Source of the DNA: an uncultured delta proteobacterium | GTDB taxonomy: Bacteria > Desulfobacterota > Syntrophorhabdia > Syntrophorhabdales > WCHB1-27 | NCBI GenBank assembly: GCA_963810935.1 | Contig: CAWEPK010000001.1 | Location: 64,001 to 128,000, forward strand | DNA length: 64,000 nucleotides | Reading direction: 5' to 3' | In this document: piece after piece, positions 21,383 through 31,469 of the stretch | How positions within the stretch are numbered: position 1 is the stretch's first letter | Layout of the letters: the number at the start of each line of letters is the position of its first letter | Translations under genes and position numbers: made by a program | Notes under the pieces: model-generated | Database searches by the model: none | What the model saw: only the letters and a program-made list of their open reading frames with translations | What the model was told of the DNA's origin: nothing

Positions 21383-22759
21383 ATGTTATCGATAGGGAAA
21401 ATCTCGGCTGTAACTCTCTTGCTGTGCCTTGCAGCTCTTATGCTTGGCGGTTGCGGCGGCAGCGATAGTCTGCCAGCAGCCCCAGCCCCCGCCCCTCAAG
21501 CCCCGTCCGGCCCGGTATCGGTCAACCTGTGGACCTGGGTCTCGGGCAGCAAAACGGGAAACCAGGGAACCACTTACGGCGTATCAACGAATACTGTCGG
21601 CACATTGGGGGGCAGAGAGGCTGGCGTCTCTTGGACCGATTCGGCCGGCAATTTCTGGTTTTTCGGGGGTGACGGCTACGATTCGAGCGCTAACTATGGC
21701 GTGTTCAACGACCTATGGAAATTCAACGGGACGAACTGGATCTGGTTCGCAGGCAGTAATGCGACGAACCAACCAGGCACATACACATCGATCGGCTCGA
21801 CCGGCACTCCCGGGGCCAGGGTCCAGGCCGTTTCCTGGATAGATACGGCGGGCAATCTCTGGCTCTTCGGCGGCTCCGGCAATGATGGGGTGGGCGGCGG
21901 CGGCTTGCTGAACGACCTCTGGAAATTCTCCGGGGGGAGCTGGACCTGGATGGCCGGGAGCAACGCAAGCGGTAAGTCAGGCACTTACAGCGGCGCATCG
22001 CCCGTGCCGGGAGGGCGTTGCAATTCTGCAACTTGGACCGATTCGGCCGGCCACCTCTGGCTTTTTGGCGGCTTTGGCCTCGATTCGACCACCAATAGTG
22101 GCTACCTCAACGACCTCTGGGAATTCGATGGGACCTACTGGACGTGGGTCTCAGGCAGCAATGCCAGAAACCAGGCAGGCATATACACATCGATAGGCTC
22201 GACAGGCACGCCAGGGGGCAGGCAGGCTCCTTCCTTCTGGATCGACTCGTCGGGTGACCTCTGGCTCTTCGGCGGCTACGGGTACGATTGTAACGATTCT
22301 TTCAGTAGGCTCAACGACCTATGGAAATTCGACACAACTGCCAAGACATGGACCTGGGTGTCAGGTAGCAGTGCGGGGAACCAATGGGGCACATACGGCG
22401 CATCTACAGGCACGACCGGCACCCCTGGCGGCAGGTGGGCTGCTGTCTCCTGGACCGACTCAAACAACAACCTCTGGCTTTTTGGCGGCCAGGGCTACGA
22501 TTCTGTCGGTGCTTTCAACGTCCTCAACGACCTCTGGAAGTTCGACGGGACGACCTGGACCTGGGTCTCGGGCAGCAAGACCGCAGCGCAGTCAGGCACA
22601 TTCGGGGCCGCGACAGGCACAACCGGCATGCCGGGGGCAAGACAAAATTCCGTCTCCTGGATCGACTCGTCGGGTGATCTCTGGCTCTTCGGCGGCTACG
22701 GCAGGGATTCGGCCGGCACCGGTAGCTTTCTCAACGACCTGTGGAAGTACCAGCCGTGA
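21383..22759 (+). CDS. Kelch/galactose-oxidase-like beta-propeller lipoprotein
   Basis: LGGC lipobox, then six ~68-aa repeats WTWVSGS...PGGR...WTDS.G.LWLFGG.G...LNDLWKF. Confidence 0.8.
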   Translation: MLSIGKISAVTLLLCLAALMLGGCGGSDSLPAAPAPAPQAPSGPVSVNLWTWVSGSKTGNQGTTYGVSTNTVGTLGGREAGVSWTDSAGNFWFFGGDGYDSSANYGVFNDLWKFNGTNWIWFAGSNATNQPGTYTSIGSTGTPGARVQAVSWIDTAGNLWLFGGSGNDGVGGGGLLNDLWKFSGGSWTWMAGSNASGKSGTYSGASPVPGGRCNSATWTDSAGHLWLFGGFGLDSTTNSGYLNDLWEFDGTYWTWVSGSNARNQAGIYTSIGSTGTPGGRQAPSFWIDSSGDLWLFGGYGYDCNDSFSRLNDLWKFDTTAKTWTWVSGSSAGNQWGTYGASTGTTGTPGGRWAAVSWTDSNNNLWLFGGQGYDSVGAFNVLNDLWKFDGTTWTWVSGSKTAAQSGTFGAATGTTGMPGARQNSVSWIDSSGDLWLFGGYGRDSAGTGSFLNDLWKYQP

Positions 22760-23035
22760 TTTGAAGGGCTGCCTTAAATTTCGCATGACCTAATGGGCCG
22801 CTGGGTTCGTGGGATTACTCGGCGGTCCATCTTCATATGTGGACTGCACGTCAGTCTTTCTATATGCGCCAGAGGCTCATGATTTCCCCTTATAATCTCG
22901 ATTGTTGCTGATTGTCGTCAGGTTGAGGATTTGAGGAAGGAGGCCACGAGCGTGGAGCGATGACGGCCGGTGTGGATTACAAGCCCTCGCGATGGCCGTA
23001 ATTGTGCCGGTAGGGGCGGGGACAGTCGGCTGAAA

Positions 23036-23678
23036 TCAGTTCGACAGGTGGTAGACGAGGTTGTCGAGGGCCGACGTGAAGAAAACGTTTCTGACTACCA
23101 CGCTCGCCGGCACCCTTATCTGGGTAGGGGCGAAGTTCATGATCCCTTTGACGTTTGCTTCCACGAAGAGGTTTGCGACAGCCTGGGCCTCTGACGGCGG
23201 GGTCGTGATCATGCCGATCTCGACGTTCCTCACCTTCACCACTTCTTTGAGCCTGTCGATGTGGAGGATCTCGATGGGTTTGCCTATCTTTTCCGATATG
23301 TGACCAATGACCTTCATGGGGTCCTGGTCGAAGGCGGCAACGATCTTGTAGCTCTGTTTCAGGAAATCCTTGTACATCAAAAGTGCGCTGCCCAGGTTGC
23401 CTATTCCGACGACGGCAATACGCCACTCGCGGTTCGTCCCCAGTATCTCCCTTATATGAAACTTCAGACTCCTTGACGCTGTAGCCCATGCCCCTTATGC
23501 CGAATTCGCCGAAATAGGCGAAATCTTTCCGCACCTGGGCGGCATTCACGCTGCATATCATGGCGATGAGTGCGCTTGACGCCACCTTCTCGCCCTTTTG
23601 CTCAAGGTCTTCGAGGCACTTCATATAGTTCGAGAGCCTTCTTACCGTCGCTTCGGGTATCTTAGGATATTTCGCCAT
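23036..23678 (-). CDS. rex: redox-sensing transcriptional repressor Rex; +1 frameshift near 23468
   Basis: [34 protein letters not shown], then in the shifted frame [11 protein letters not shown]...GIMNFAP. Confidence 0.9.
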
Positions 23679-23853
23679 TGTTTCACCTTACTGCGCGGAT
23701 AATATATCCGCAAGAGAAAAATTTATCAAGCTAGATGTTTGATGCGGCAGCTATCAGGTGCACTAAGTTTTGCACGCATCCGCTCATACTTACGTGCACC
23801 TACGCGAAAACCCTCGATTATCGGTCAGGTTTTCCTGCCTTCCGGCCCCTTTC

Positions 23854-24234
23854 TCAGAACATGCTGTTCGGGTTGGCGGAAGTAGCCGGGATGTCCTGTA
23901 TGACGTCCCAGTGCTCGTCTATCTTGCCGTTCTCGAGCCTGAATATCTCTATTATGGCCCTTTGCACTTGCGGCGAGCGGACGGAATGCACGTGCAGGAT
24001 GACGTAATTGCCATCGGCGAAGACGTACTTTATCTCGCTCCTGGCTTCGGGGTAGTTCGTTTTAAGAAAGGTTATGAATTCCCTAAGCCCCTCCGGGCCG
24101 TCCTTGACGAGCGGGTTGTGCTGCTTGTAACGGTCGCCCATGAAGCGGCGGGCCGATTCGAAATCTTTTTTGTTGATGATAAGATCGTAGAATTCGGCGA
24201 CGTTTTTTTTGTTTGTTTCAAGTACGCTGTCCAT
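23854..24234 (-). CDS. SnoaL-like / NTF2 family protein
   Basis: YKQHNPLVKDG, IFRLENGKIDEHWDVIQ. Confidence 0.85.
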   Translation of the reverse strand: MDSVLETNKKNVAEFYDLIINKKDFESARRFMGDRYKQHNPLVKDGPEGLREFITFLKTNYPEARSEIKYVFADGNYVILHVHSVRSPQVQRAIIEIFRLENGKIDEHWDVIQDIPATSANPNSMF

Positions 24235-24369
24235 CTGTTCCTCCTGGTGAACGGTGAAGGACAAATCGGTTCGGTCTGCCCTCCGAGATAGCTTAAAGTC
24301 AGACCGGTGGGTGCGTCAAGTGTAAAAGTATCCGGCCATTCGCACCGGCCTCGCAGCCGGGCGTTTTGT

Positions 24370-25776
24370 TTATGCGCCGCCGCCCAGCACCTTGTACATC
24401 GTGACGAGGTAGCTGAGCCTGGCCAGGCGGAGCGTGATAAGCCCCTGCTGGGCGCTGTAAAGGGAGCGCTGGGCATCGAGAACGTTCAGGAAGCTGTCGA
24501 TCCCCTTCATATACCGGGCGTTGGAGAGCCGGTAGGTCTCCTCGGACGCCTTGACGAGCGCCTCCTGCGCGGCAAGCTGGCTTGTGATGGTGCCCCGCTG
24601 GGCGAGGGAGTCCGCCACTTCCCGAAACGCGGCCTGTATGGACTTCTCGTACGCCGCTATGTATATGTCGCGGGTGGCCTTCGATACGGCTAAGGTTGCG
24701 AACCTGGAGCCTGCGTCGAAGATCGGCAGCGTGATCTGCGGTGTGAAAGACCAGACGCCGGAGCCTGCTTCCCACAGTCCGGCGAGCTGCGAGCTGCTCG
24801 CCCCTACCGTGCTGGTAAGGAGCACCCGGGGGAAGAAGTTGGCCCTTGCAGCGCCGATATTGGCGTTGGCCGATTTAAGCAGGCTTTCGGCCTGTAAGAT
24901 ATCGGGCCTGTTCAGCAGCACATCCGAAGAGAGGCCGGGGGATACGTCCCTGGGAGGCGCTATTACGGCCAGCTCCTCCGCCAGCAGCTCGGCAGGCACG
25001 GGGGCGCCGACAACCAGATTGAGTGCGTTCTCGTCGAGGGCCACGACGCGGGTAAAAGCGATTACGTCGGCGCGCGCCGACTCAAGGAGCGTCTGGGCCT
25101 GCCGCACATCGAGCGCCGATGACGAGCCGACCTTGAACCGCCGCTCGATCAGGTCGAAAGAGGACTGCCGGGCGACAAACGTCGCCCTGGAGAGCTTCAG
25201 GTTGTCGCGGTCGGCAGCAAGCGTCATGTAGGCGTATGCTACCTCAGCCATGAGCGATATCTGCGCTGCGCGCAGCGCCTGCTCGGTCGCGAGGTACTGC
25301 TGCAGGGCGCTCTGTTTAAGGCTGCGGATGCGGCCGAAAAAGTCGATCTCCCAGGAGCTGACGCCGACCCCTACATCGAATTGTTTAACGGTTTGTGCCT
25401 TCTGCAGGACCGAAAGGCTCGACGGGACCCTCTCCTGGATCGTGTCCCCGAAGGCGGAGACAGTGGGAAAGAGCTGGGCTCTCTGTATCCTGTACTGGCC
25501 CCTCGCGACTTCTATGTTCAACGCAGCTATGCGCAGGTCCCTATTGTTTACCAGCGCCGCGAGGATGACCTTTTGCATCCGCTCGTCCGTGTAGAAATCA
25601 CGCCAGCCTACGTCTGCGGCAGGCGGGGCCGCCTGGATTCCCCGGTTGCCCTCGTATGCCGGGCCAGTCGGCCAGCCGGCGGGCACGGGCGGCGCGGGGC
25701 GGGAATATTCGGGTATCATCGTGCAGGCGGACAGGCAGACGGCCGCAAAGGCGATCGTGAAGGCCCTTCGGGTCAT
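24370..25776 (-). CDS. RND efflux outer-membrane lipoprotein (OprM/NodT family)
   Basis: LSAC lipobox, NNRDLR, WEIDFFG, RPDI..AE..L..ANANIGAARA, YKVLGGG; ATGA overlap with acrB. Confidence 0.92.
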   Translation of the reverse strand: MTRRAFTIAFAAVCLSACTMIPEYSRPAPPVPAGWPTGPAYEGNRGIQAAPPAADVGWRDFYTDERMQKVILAALVNNRDLRIAALNIEVARGQYRIQRAQLFPTVSAFGDTIQERVPSSLSVLQKAQTVKQFDVGVGVSSWEIDFFGRIRSLKQSALQQYLATEQALRAAQISLMAEVAYAYMTLAADRDNLKLSRATFVARQSSFDLIERRFKVGSSSALDVRQAQTLLESARADVIAFTRVVALDENALNLVVGAPVPAELLAEELAVIAPPRDVSPGLSSDVLLNRPDILQAESLLKSANANIGAARANFFPRVLLTSTVGASSSQLAGLWEAGSGVWSFTPQITLPIFDAGSRFATLAVSKATRDIYIAAYEKSIQAAFREVADSLAQRGTITSQLAAQEALVKASEETYRLSNARYMKGIDSFLNVLDAQRSLYSAQQGLITLRLARLSYLVTMYKVLGGGA

Positions 25777-28700
25777 GGCCGCCCTCCTTCGGAAGGGGAG
25801 ACAGGCCCGGCGGCCTGCCCGGCAGGAGCTGCTGCCTGCTTCGGCTTCCGTGCGCCGTAAACGATTACGAAGAAGAGCGGGATATAGAAGAGGTCTATGA
25901 AGGTAGCGGAGAGCATGCCGCCGGTAACGGCGGTGCCTATGGCTTTCATGGCGCCTGCGCCCGCACCGGTCGCGAGCGCGAGAGGGAGCACGCCGAAGAA
26001 GAACGCCATCGAGGTCATGATGACGGGTCGCAGCCTCAGCCGGGCGGCCTCGAGCGTCGCTTCGACCAGCCCCGCCCCGTGTGCGATCCTGTCGCGGGCG
26101 AACTGGATGATAAGGATCGCGTTCTTGGTCGTCAGGCCGAGCGTGGTAAGGAAGCCGATCTGAAAGTAGACGTCGTTCGGCATACCGCGCAGCCAGGTCG
26201 CAGCCGCAGCTCCAAAGAGGCCCAGGGGTAGCATGAACAGGTTGGCAAAAGGAATACGCCAGCTTTCGTAGAGGGCCGCTACGCACAGGAAGATGACCAG
26301 GACGGAAAATGTATAAAGGAGCGGCGCCTGGGAGCTTGCCATCCGCTCCTGGTAGGAAAGCTCCGTCCAATCGTTACCGATCCCGGCAGGCAGCTTCGCA
26401 GTGAGCTCTTCCATCGCCCGCATCGCCTCTCCCGAGCTTCTGCCGGGGGCCGCCTCGCCCCAGATACTCATAGCGGAAGAGCCGTTATAGCGCTCCAGCC
26501 TCGGCGAGCCGTAGGCCCAGCGGCCGGTGGTGATGGCGGAGAAGGGCACCATTTTCCCGGCCGTGTTGCGCACGTATAGCCGCTCGATGTCTCCGGGGAG
26601 CATACGGTAGGGGGCGTCTGCCTGGGCGTAAACACGCTTGATCCGGCCGCTCTCCACAAAATTGTTGACGTAGGCGCTTCCGAACGCCTCGGAGATGGTG
26701 TTATGTATCGAGGTTATGGGAATGCCGAGCGAACCGGCCTTGGCCCAGTCCACATCGACCCTGTACTGCGGCACGTCCTCCATGCCGTTCGGCCTTATGT
26801 AAGCCAGCCTCTTGTCCTTGGAAGCCATGAACAAAAGCTGGTTGCGGGCAGCCAGCAGCTTGTCATGGCCCACGCCGCCCCGGTCAAGCAGCTCGTACGA
26901 GAAGCCCCTGGCGCTGCCCAGCTCGACCACCGGGGGCGGCGGAAAAACGAAGACAAGGGCGTTGCGCATGCCCGCGAAGGCCTTCGAAGCCCGCTCCGCT
27001 ATGGCTTTTGCCCTCATGGATGAGCTTTTTCGTAGCTTCCAGTCTTTGAGCATAACGAATACCATGCCGTTCGTCTGGCCCGTTCCCGAAAAGCCGTAGC
27101 CGGCGACGTTCATACAGGACTTCACCGCTGCCCCTTCTTTCTTCTCGAAGTACGATTGTATCTCGTCCAGGACTGTTTGCGTCTGCTCACGCGTCGAGCC
27201 CGTGGGCATCATCACCTGCGCGAACAACACCCCCTGGTCTTCATCGGGCAGAAAGCCCGTCGGCAGGCGCAGAAAGATGAGGCCTACGCCTACGACGATA
27301 AGGCCGTAAACTATCAGATAGCGGAATTTGTTGGATAGAGAGCGTTGTACGGTATTTACATACTTGTCCCTTGTGCGGAAGAAGAACCGGTCGAACCGTG
27401 TGAAGATGGGACGCAGGAAAAAGATCGCGTTCTGCCCCGGCTCGTAGCCCGGTTCCACGGGCTTGAGCAGGGAGGCGCAAAGAACAGGCGTCAGGATCAG
27501 TGCGACGACCACTGAAAGCAGCATGGACGCGATTATCGTCACGGAAAACTGGCGGTAGATAACCCCCGTAGAACCGCCGAAAAAGGCCATGGGCCCAAAA
27601 ACCGCCGCGAGCACCAGCCCGATCCCTATCAGGGCGCTCGTGATCTGCTCCATCGACTTGGCGGTGGCCTCTGCGGGGGAGAGGCCCTCCTCGCGCATTA
27701 TCCTTTCGACGTTTTCGACCACTACTATAGCGTCGTCCACGAGCAGGCCGATGGCGAGCACCATGGCGAACATGGTCAGCATGTTGATGGAGAAACCGAA
27801 GATCCCCAGCACGGCGAAGGTGCCGAGGATTACGACCGGCACTGCAATGGTCGGTATAAGGGTCGCCCGGAAGCTCCCCATGAAAAGCCACATGATCAGA
27901 AAGACGAGCAGGATGGCCTCGAGCAGGGTTATGACAACCTCTTTGATGGCCACCTTGATAAACGGAGTCGTGTCATACGGATAAACTACCTTCACCCCCT
28001 TCGGGAAATAGCGGCTCATCTCGTCCAGCTTTGCCTTGACGTTATTCGCTGTTTCCAGGGCGTTCGCTCCCGCGATCTGCCGTATGGCCATGCCCGCTGC
28101 GGGGCTCCCGTTGTAGAGGACGTCGACGTCGTACAACTCCGTGCCAAGCTCGGTCCGTCCTACGTCTTTGACGCGGATTACGGAGCCGTCCGGGTTCATC
28201 CTGATGGGGATGGAGGCGAACTGCTCCGGGGTTTTTAGCAGGTTCTGAACTATGATGGAGGCATTGAGGCGCTGCCCTTTTACAGAGGGCATCCCGCCGA
28301 ACTGGCCGGCGGAGACTTCGACGTTGTACGCCTGAAGGGAGGCGACGACGTCGTCCACGGTGAGGGAGTAGTTGGTCAGCTTGTCGGGGTTGAGCCAGAC
28401 GCGCATCGCGTACTGGGTCCCGAACTCCTCCACCTCGCCTACGCCGGGCACGCGGGCAAGCACTTTTTCGAGGCTCGACTGGGCGTAATCCCTGAGGTCA
28501 TTGCCGTCCATGCTGCCGTCTTCCGATATCAGGCCGACGACCATCAGGTAATTTCGCGTTGCCTTGCCTACGCTGATTCCCTGCAACTGCACGACCTGCG
28601 GCAAGCTGGCCATGGCAAGCTGCAGCTTATTCTGGACTTTGGCCCATGCGAGGTCCGGGTCCATTCCCGGCGCGAAGGTCAGCTCCGTACGGGATACGCC

Positions 28701-28961
28701 GGACGAGTCGCTTGTGGCCGTAAGGTAGATCATCTTGTCGATGCCGGTCATCTTTTGCTCGATGATCTGGGTTACGGTGTTCTCCACGGTTTCCGCGGAC
28801 GCGCCGGGATAGAAGGCCTGAATATATATCGAGGGGGGCGCGACGGGAGGATATTGGGCTACGGGCAGCCTGTAAATGGCCAGAGTGCCCGCAAGCATGA
28901 TTATGATGGCTATGACCCAGGCGAATACCGGGCGGTCAAGGAAGAATTTCGACAGCATCAT
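25773..28961 (-). CDS. acrB: HAE1 family RND efflux permease
   Basis: FFLDRPVFAWV, IGLLVDDAIVVVENVER, KNAILI, RLRPVIMTS. Confidence 0.95.
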   Translation of the reverse strand: MMLSKFFLDRPVFAWVIAIIIMLAGTLAIYRLPVAQYPPVAPPSIYIQAFYPGASAETVENTVTQIIEQKMTGIDKMIYLTATSDSSGVSRTELTFAPGMDPDLAWAKVQNKLQLAMASLPQVVQLQGISVGKATRNYLMVVGLISEDGSMDGNDLRDYAQSSLEKVLARVPGVGEVEEFGTQYAMRVWLNPDKLTNYSLTVDDVVASLQAYNVEVSAGQFGGMPSVKGQRLNASIIVQNLLKTPEQFASIPIRMNPDGSVIRVKDVGRTELGTELYDVDVLYNGSPAAGMAIRQIAGANALETANNVKAKLDEMSRYFPKGVKVVYPYDTTPFIKVAIKEVVITLLEAILLVFLIMWLFMGSFRATLIPTIAVPVVILGTFAVLGIFGFSINMLTMFAMVLAIGLLVDDAIVVVENVERIMREEGLSPAEATAKSMEQITSALIGIGLVLAAVFGPMAFFGGSTGVIYRQFSVTIIASMLLSVVVALILTPVLCASLLKPVEPGYEPGQNAIFFLRPIFTRFDRFFFRTRDKYVNTVQRSLSNKFRYLIVYGLIVVGVGLIFLRLPTGFLPDEDQGVLFAQVMMPTGSTREQTQTVLDEIQSYFEKKEGAAVKSCMNVAGYGFSGTGQTNGMVFVMLKDWKLRKSSSMRAKAIAERASKAFAGMRNALVFVFPPPPVVELGSARGFSYELLDRGGVGHDKLLAARNQLLFMASKDKRLAYIRPNGMEDVPQYRVDVDWAKAGSLGIPITSIHNTISEAFGSAYVNNFVESGRIKRVYAQADAPYRMLPGDIERLYVRNTAGKMVPFSAITTGRWAYGSPRLERYNGSSAMSIWGEAAPGRSSGEAMRAMEELTAKLPAGIGNDWTELSYQERMASSQAPLLYTFSVLVIFLCVAALYESWRIPFANLFMLPLGLFGAAAATWLRGMPNDVYFQIGFLTTLGLTTKNAILIIQFARDRIAHGAGLVEATLEAARLRLRPVIMTSMAFFFGVLPLALATGAGAGAMKAIGTAVTGGMLSATFIDLFYIPLFFVIVYGARKPKQAAAPAGQAAGPVSPSEGGRP

Positions 28962-28971
28962 GCACCCCCGG

Positions 28972-30162
28972 TCAATTCGTCGCAGGCGGCCCGGCGGCCT
29001 TCCCTGCTTGGGGCGCAGCCCCGAAAGGGACGGCTTTTGCCGGGGCCCCAGGCCGAACTTTCTGCGTACCCTCTACAATCACCCTGTCGCCGGCCGCCAG
29101 ACCCGATGCGACTAGCCATTTTTCGCCGATAGCCCGGTCGACCGCGATCACGCGCTGCTGGACTTTGTTGTCGGGGCCGAGAACCAGCGCCACCGCATTG
29201 CCCTTGCGGTCGCGGGTGACCCCCTGCTGGGGCGCGAGGATCGCATTCTCGACTACCCCGTCCTGGATGAGGGCGCGCACGTACATGCCGGGCAAAAGAA
29301 CATGCCTGGGATTGGGAAAGGAGATGCGGAGGATGAACGACCCGGTGCTCTGGTCCACTGTGATATCCGAAAATTTGAGGGTGCCCTCGGACGGGTAGGG
29401 CGTGCCGTCTTCCAGAAGCAGCTTAACGCGCGCCCGATCGGGGCCGCCGTCCCTTATCCGCCCCGCTTCGATGCTGCGCCGCAAGCGCAGCAGATTCGCG
29501 CTGGACTGGGTGACGTCGACGAAAATAGGGTCGAGCTGCTGGATTGTGGCGAAGGGCACTATCTGGCCTGCCGTTGCAAGCGCGCCCACGGTGGTCATAG
29601 ACCTGCCTATACGGCCGGTGATAGGGGCTGTGACCCGCGTATACGCCAGGTTGATGCGGGCCGTATCTTTCGCTGCCTTGTTTGCCTCGATATCGGCGAA
29701 CGCCTGCTGGAGGGCAGAGGCGGAATCGTCATATTCCTGCTTGCTTACTGCATCGATCTTCACCAGGTCTTTGTACCGCTCCATCCTCGACCGGATTGCG
29801 GTCACGTTTGCCTCGGCCCTGGCCAGGCCCGCGCTTGCGTTCGCGTATGCGGCCTCGTACATCGCCGGGTCTATCTGGTAAAGAAGCTCGCCCGCCTTCA
29901 CGTCTGCGCCTTCCTCAAAGTGACGCTTAGTAACGATGCCGCTCACTTGCGGCCGCACCTCAGCGACAAGCTGCGAGACGGTCCTTCCGGGCAACTCGGT
30001 GGTGATGGTCACGCGCTCGGGACGCATGACGACTATGCCTACTTCAGGGGTGCCTGCCTGCGGGGGCCCGCCGGCCCCGGATTTCCCGCAACCGGCAGCG
30101 ATGAAACAAGCGATAATTATTCCGGCCGCCCGGACTGCTATTTGTCTGTATTCACTCCGCAT
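28972..30162 (-). CDS. acrA: RND efflux periplasmic adaptor
   Basis: AAGC lipobox, ELPGRT, AEVRPQVSGI, APITGRIG, LLPGMYV. Confidence 0.93.
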   Translation of the reverse strand: MRSEYRQIAVRAAGIIIACFIAAGCGKSGAGGPPQAGTPEVGIVVMRPERVTITTELPGRTVSQLVAEVRPQVSGIVTKRHFEEGADVKAGELLYQIDPAMYEAAYANASAGLARAEANVTAIRSRMERYKDLVKIDAVSKQEYDDSASALQQAFADIEANKAAKDTARINLAYTRVTAPITGRIGRSMTTVGALATAGQIVPFATIQQLDPIFVDVTQSSANLLRLRRSIEAGRIRDGGPDRARVKLLLEDGTPYPSEGTLKFSDITVDQSTGSFILRISFPNPRHVLLPGMYVRALIQDGVVENAILAPQQGVTRDRKGNAVALVLGPDNKVQQRVIAVDRAIGEKWLVASGLAAGDRVIVEGTQKVRPGAPAKAVPFGAAPQAGKAAGPPATN

Positions 30163-30844
30163 ACGTGCCCCTTTGGCGCGGTCTAGCCCGGCCCGCTTTC
30201 GTCTTATGACCCACTGCGTCTATCCCGGCGAGGGAAAAGGCTATTACGTGCTCGGCGTAGGCCTCGATATCCTGCTCATTCAGGCGCCAGAAGGCAAGAT
30301 CGACGCCCTTGGTAGCTTTATCAACCCGCGTGATGATGGCCGGGAAAACGCACTGGCTCATAACGCTCAAGGCGCAGAAACGGGCCTGTTTTGCCGGTGC
30401 TTTCCCGCCAAGGACCTCGCTTATGACCGCCTCCACTCTGGTGCGCAGCGGCTCCAGCTCCTCACGCATGACTTCCTCGAGAAGTCCCGTTGGGTTTACC
30501 ACCTCTCTGTGACTTATGCCGAACTCACGGTTCTCCTCGTCGCTGATTCTCTCCAGATGCGCCCTGATCTGCCCTCGCAGCCGCTGCTCGGCGGGCGCGT
30601 CCGCAGGGACGCCGCCGTCCGCCGGATGGCGGTCGATCGAATCCCGGAAAGACTGCCGCCACGCCTCCCTGTATAGCGTTTCCTTGTCGCCGAAGTGGTA
30701 ATTGACCGCCGCAATGTTCGCGCCGGCAGTCTCGCAGATCTCGGCTATCGTCGCGTCGCGGTAGCCCTTTTCTGCGAATATCCTCCCCGCTGCGGCCAGC
30801 AGCCCTTTTCGGGTTTTCACGGAATCCTGTCTGGGCACCTTCAT
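30152..30844 (-). CDS. TetR/CerR family regulator (DUF1956-type C-terminus)
   Basis: FAEKGY...TIAEICETAGANIAAVNYHFGDKE HTH; heads the efflux operon. Confidence 0.88.
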   Translation of the reverse strand: MKVPRQDSVKTRKGLLAAAGRIFAEKGYRDATIAEICETAGANIAAVNYHFGDKETLYREAWRQSFRDSIDRHPADGGVPADAPAEQRLRGQIRAHLERISDEENREFGISHREVVNPTGLLEEVMREELEPLRTRVEAVISEVLGGKAPAKQARFCALSVMSQCVFPAIITRVDKATKGVDLAFWRLNEQDIEAYAEHVIAFSLAGIDAVGHKTKAGRARPRQRGTYAE

Positions 30845-30971
30845 CGCAGACCTCCCGCGGTCAGAACTAATTGTAATTGTACCTGCCCCTTGCGGCAAAA
30901 CACCATTCCAGGTCTTAACGGTTTTCTGCACGGTCCGCCTCGCAACCCACATTATAGCGCCTTCGCCGATT

Positions 30972-31000
30972 ATTTTCAAATGAATATTTTAATTAGTCAA
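30972..31000 (-). promoter_or_regulatory. sigma70-type promoter with overlapping palindromic operator for tetR-acrAB-oprM
   Basis: Minus strand TTGACT-N17-GAAAAT; palindrome TTCAAAT-N4-ATTTTAA at 30975-30992. Confidence 0.5.
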
Positions 31001-31160
31001 TAAAAGTCTTCATTACATTTCCTCAAAGACGTAGCTGACGAGGGGTGGGCCATTTGTCCGTAGGGGCGTTCATTAGCCAGCGGACTCTATATTTTGTGGC
31101 GTATAACAGCCAGTAAATACTAATAAAACAAAAAAAGAGCATCTATCCGAAAAAAACCGC

Positions 31161-31193
31161 TTGACGCTGCGTTATATTTAATGATATATAACG
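31161..31193 (+). promoter_or_regulatory. promoter overlapped by a ModE-like operator
   Basis: TTGACG at 31161; CGTTATATT-N6-TATATAACG at 31170-31193, one mismatch from the ModE-type palindrome. Confidence 0.55.
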
Positions 31194-31248
31194 GGTAGCG
31201 TTATTGTTATTATGAGATATCGCTTGTCCTGTAGACGATGACAGATGG

Positions 31249-31348
31249 CAGGGCGGTTCCGGATGCCTCTCCTTACCGCCTTAGCCTTGCCCCCGTCAGC
31301 GTGGCGGGCGGATGGACTGACGGCCTCTCTCCTTCCGGCCCGCCCCTG
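31249..31348 (+). ncRNA. candidate structured RNA with two anti-SD-like motifs
   Basis: Nested stems cagggcgg/ccgcccctg, ccgga/tccgg, ccgtcag/ctgacgg; CTCTCCTT twice, largely unpaired. Confidence 0.25.
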
Positions 31349-31469
31349 ACACTTTAAGAACTGCACAAAATCGAATAAATCCACGTCACGGAATCAGGTT
31401 GTGTTACAATAGGCGCTAAAAGCGGCCGGGCAGGTATTTGGTTAAGGCCGCTTTTCGAAAGGACCTATA

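Noticed and set aside
21383..22759. Near-identical internal segments (here and in 48203-49633) as diversity-generating retroelement TR/VR pairs
   Set aside because: They are in-frame repeat units, differences are not adenine-specific, and there is no reverse transcriptase in the window
22930..23030. Possible tRNA fragment or integration-site scar
   Set aside because: No cloverleaf, no T-loop consensus, no partner direct repeat or integrase found
23036..23678. rex, phoU and the FAD oxidoreductases as true pseudogenes or programmed frameshifts
   Set aside because: Isolated indels with no other decay or slippery site, sharing a sequence context; more consistent with sequencing error
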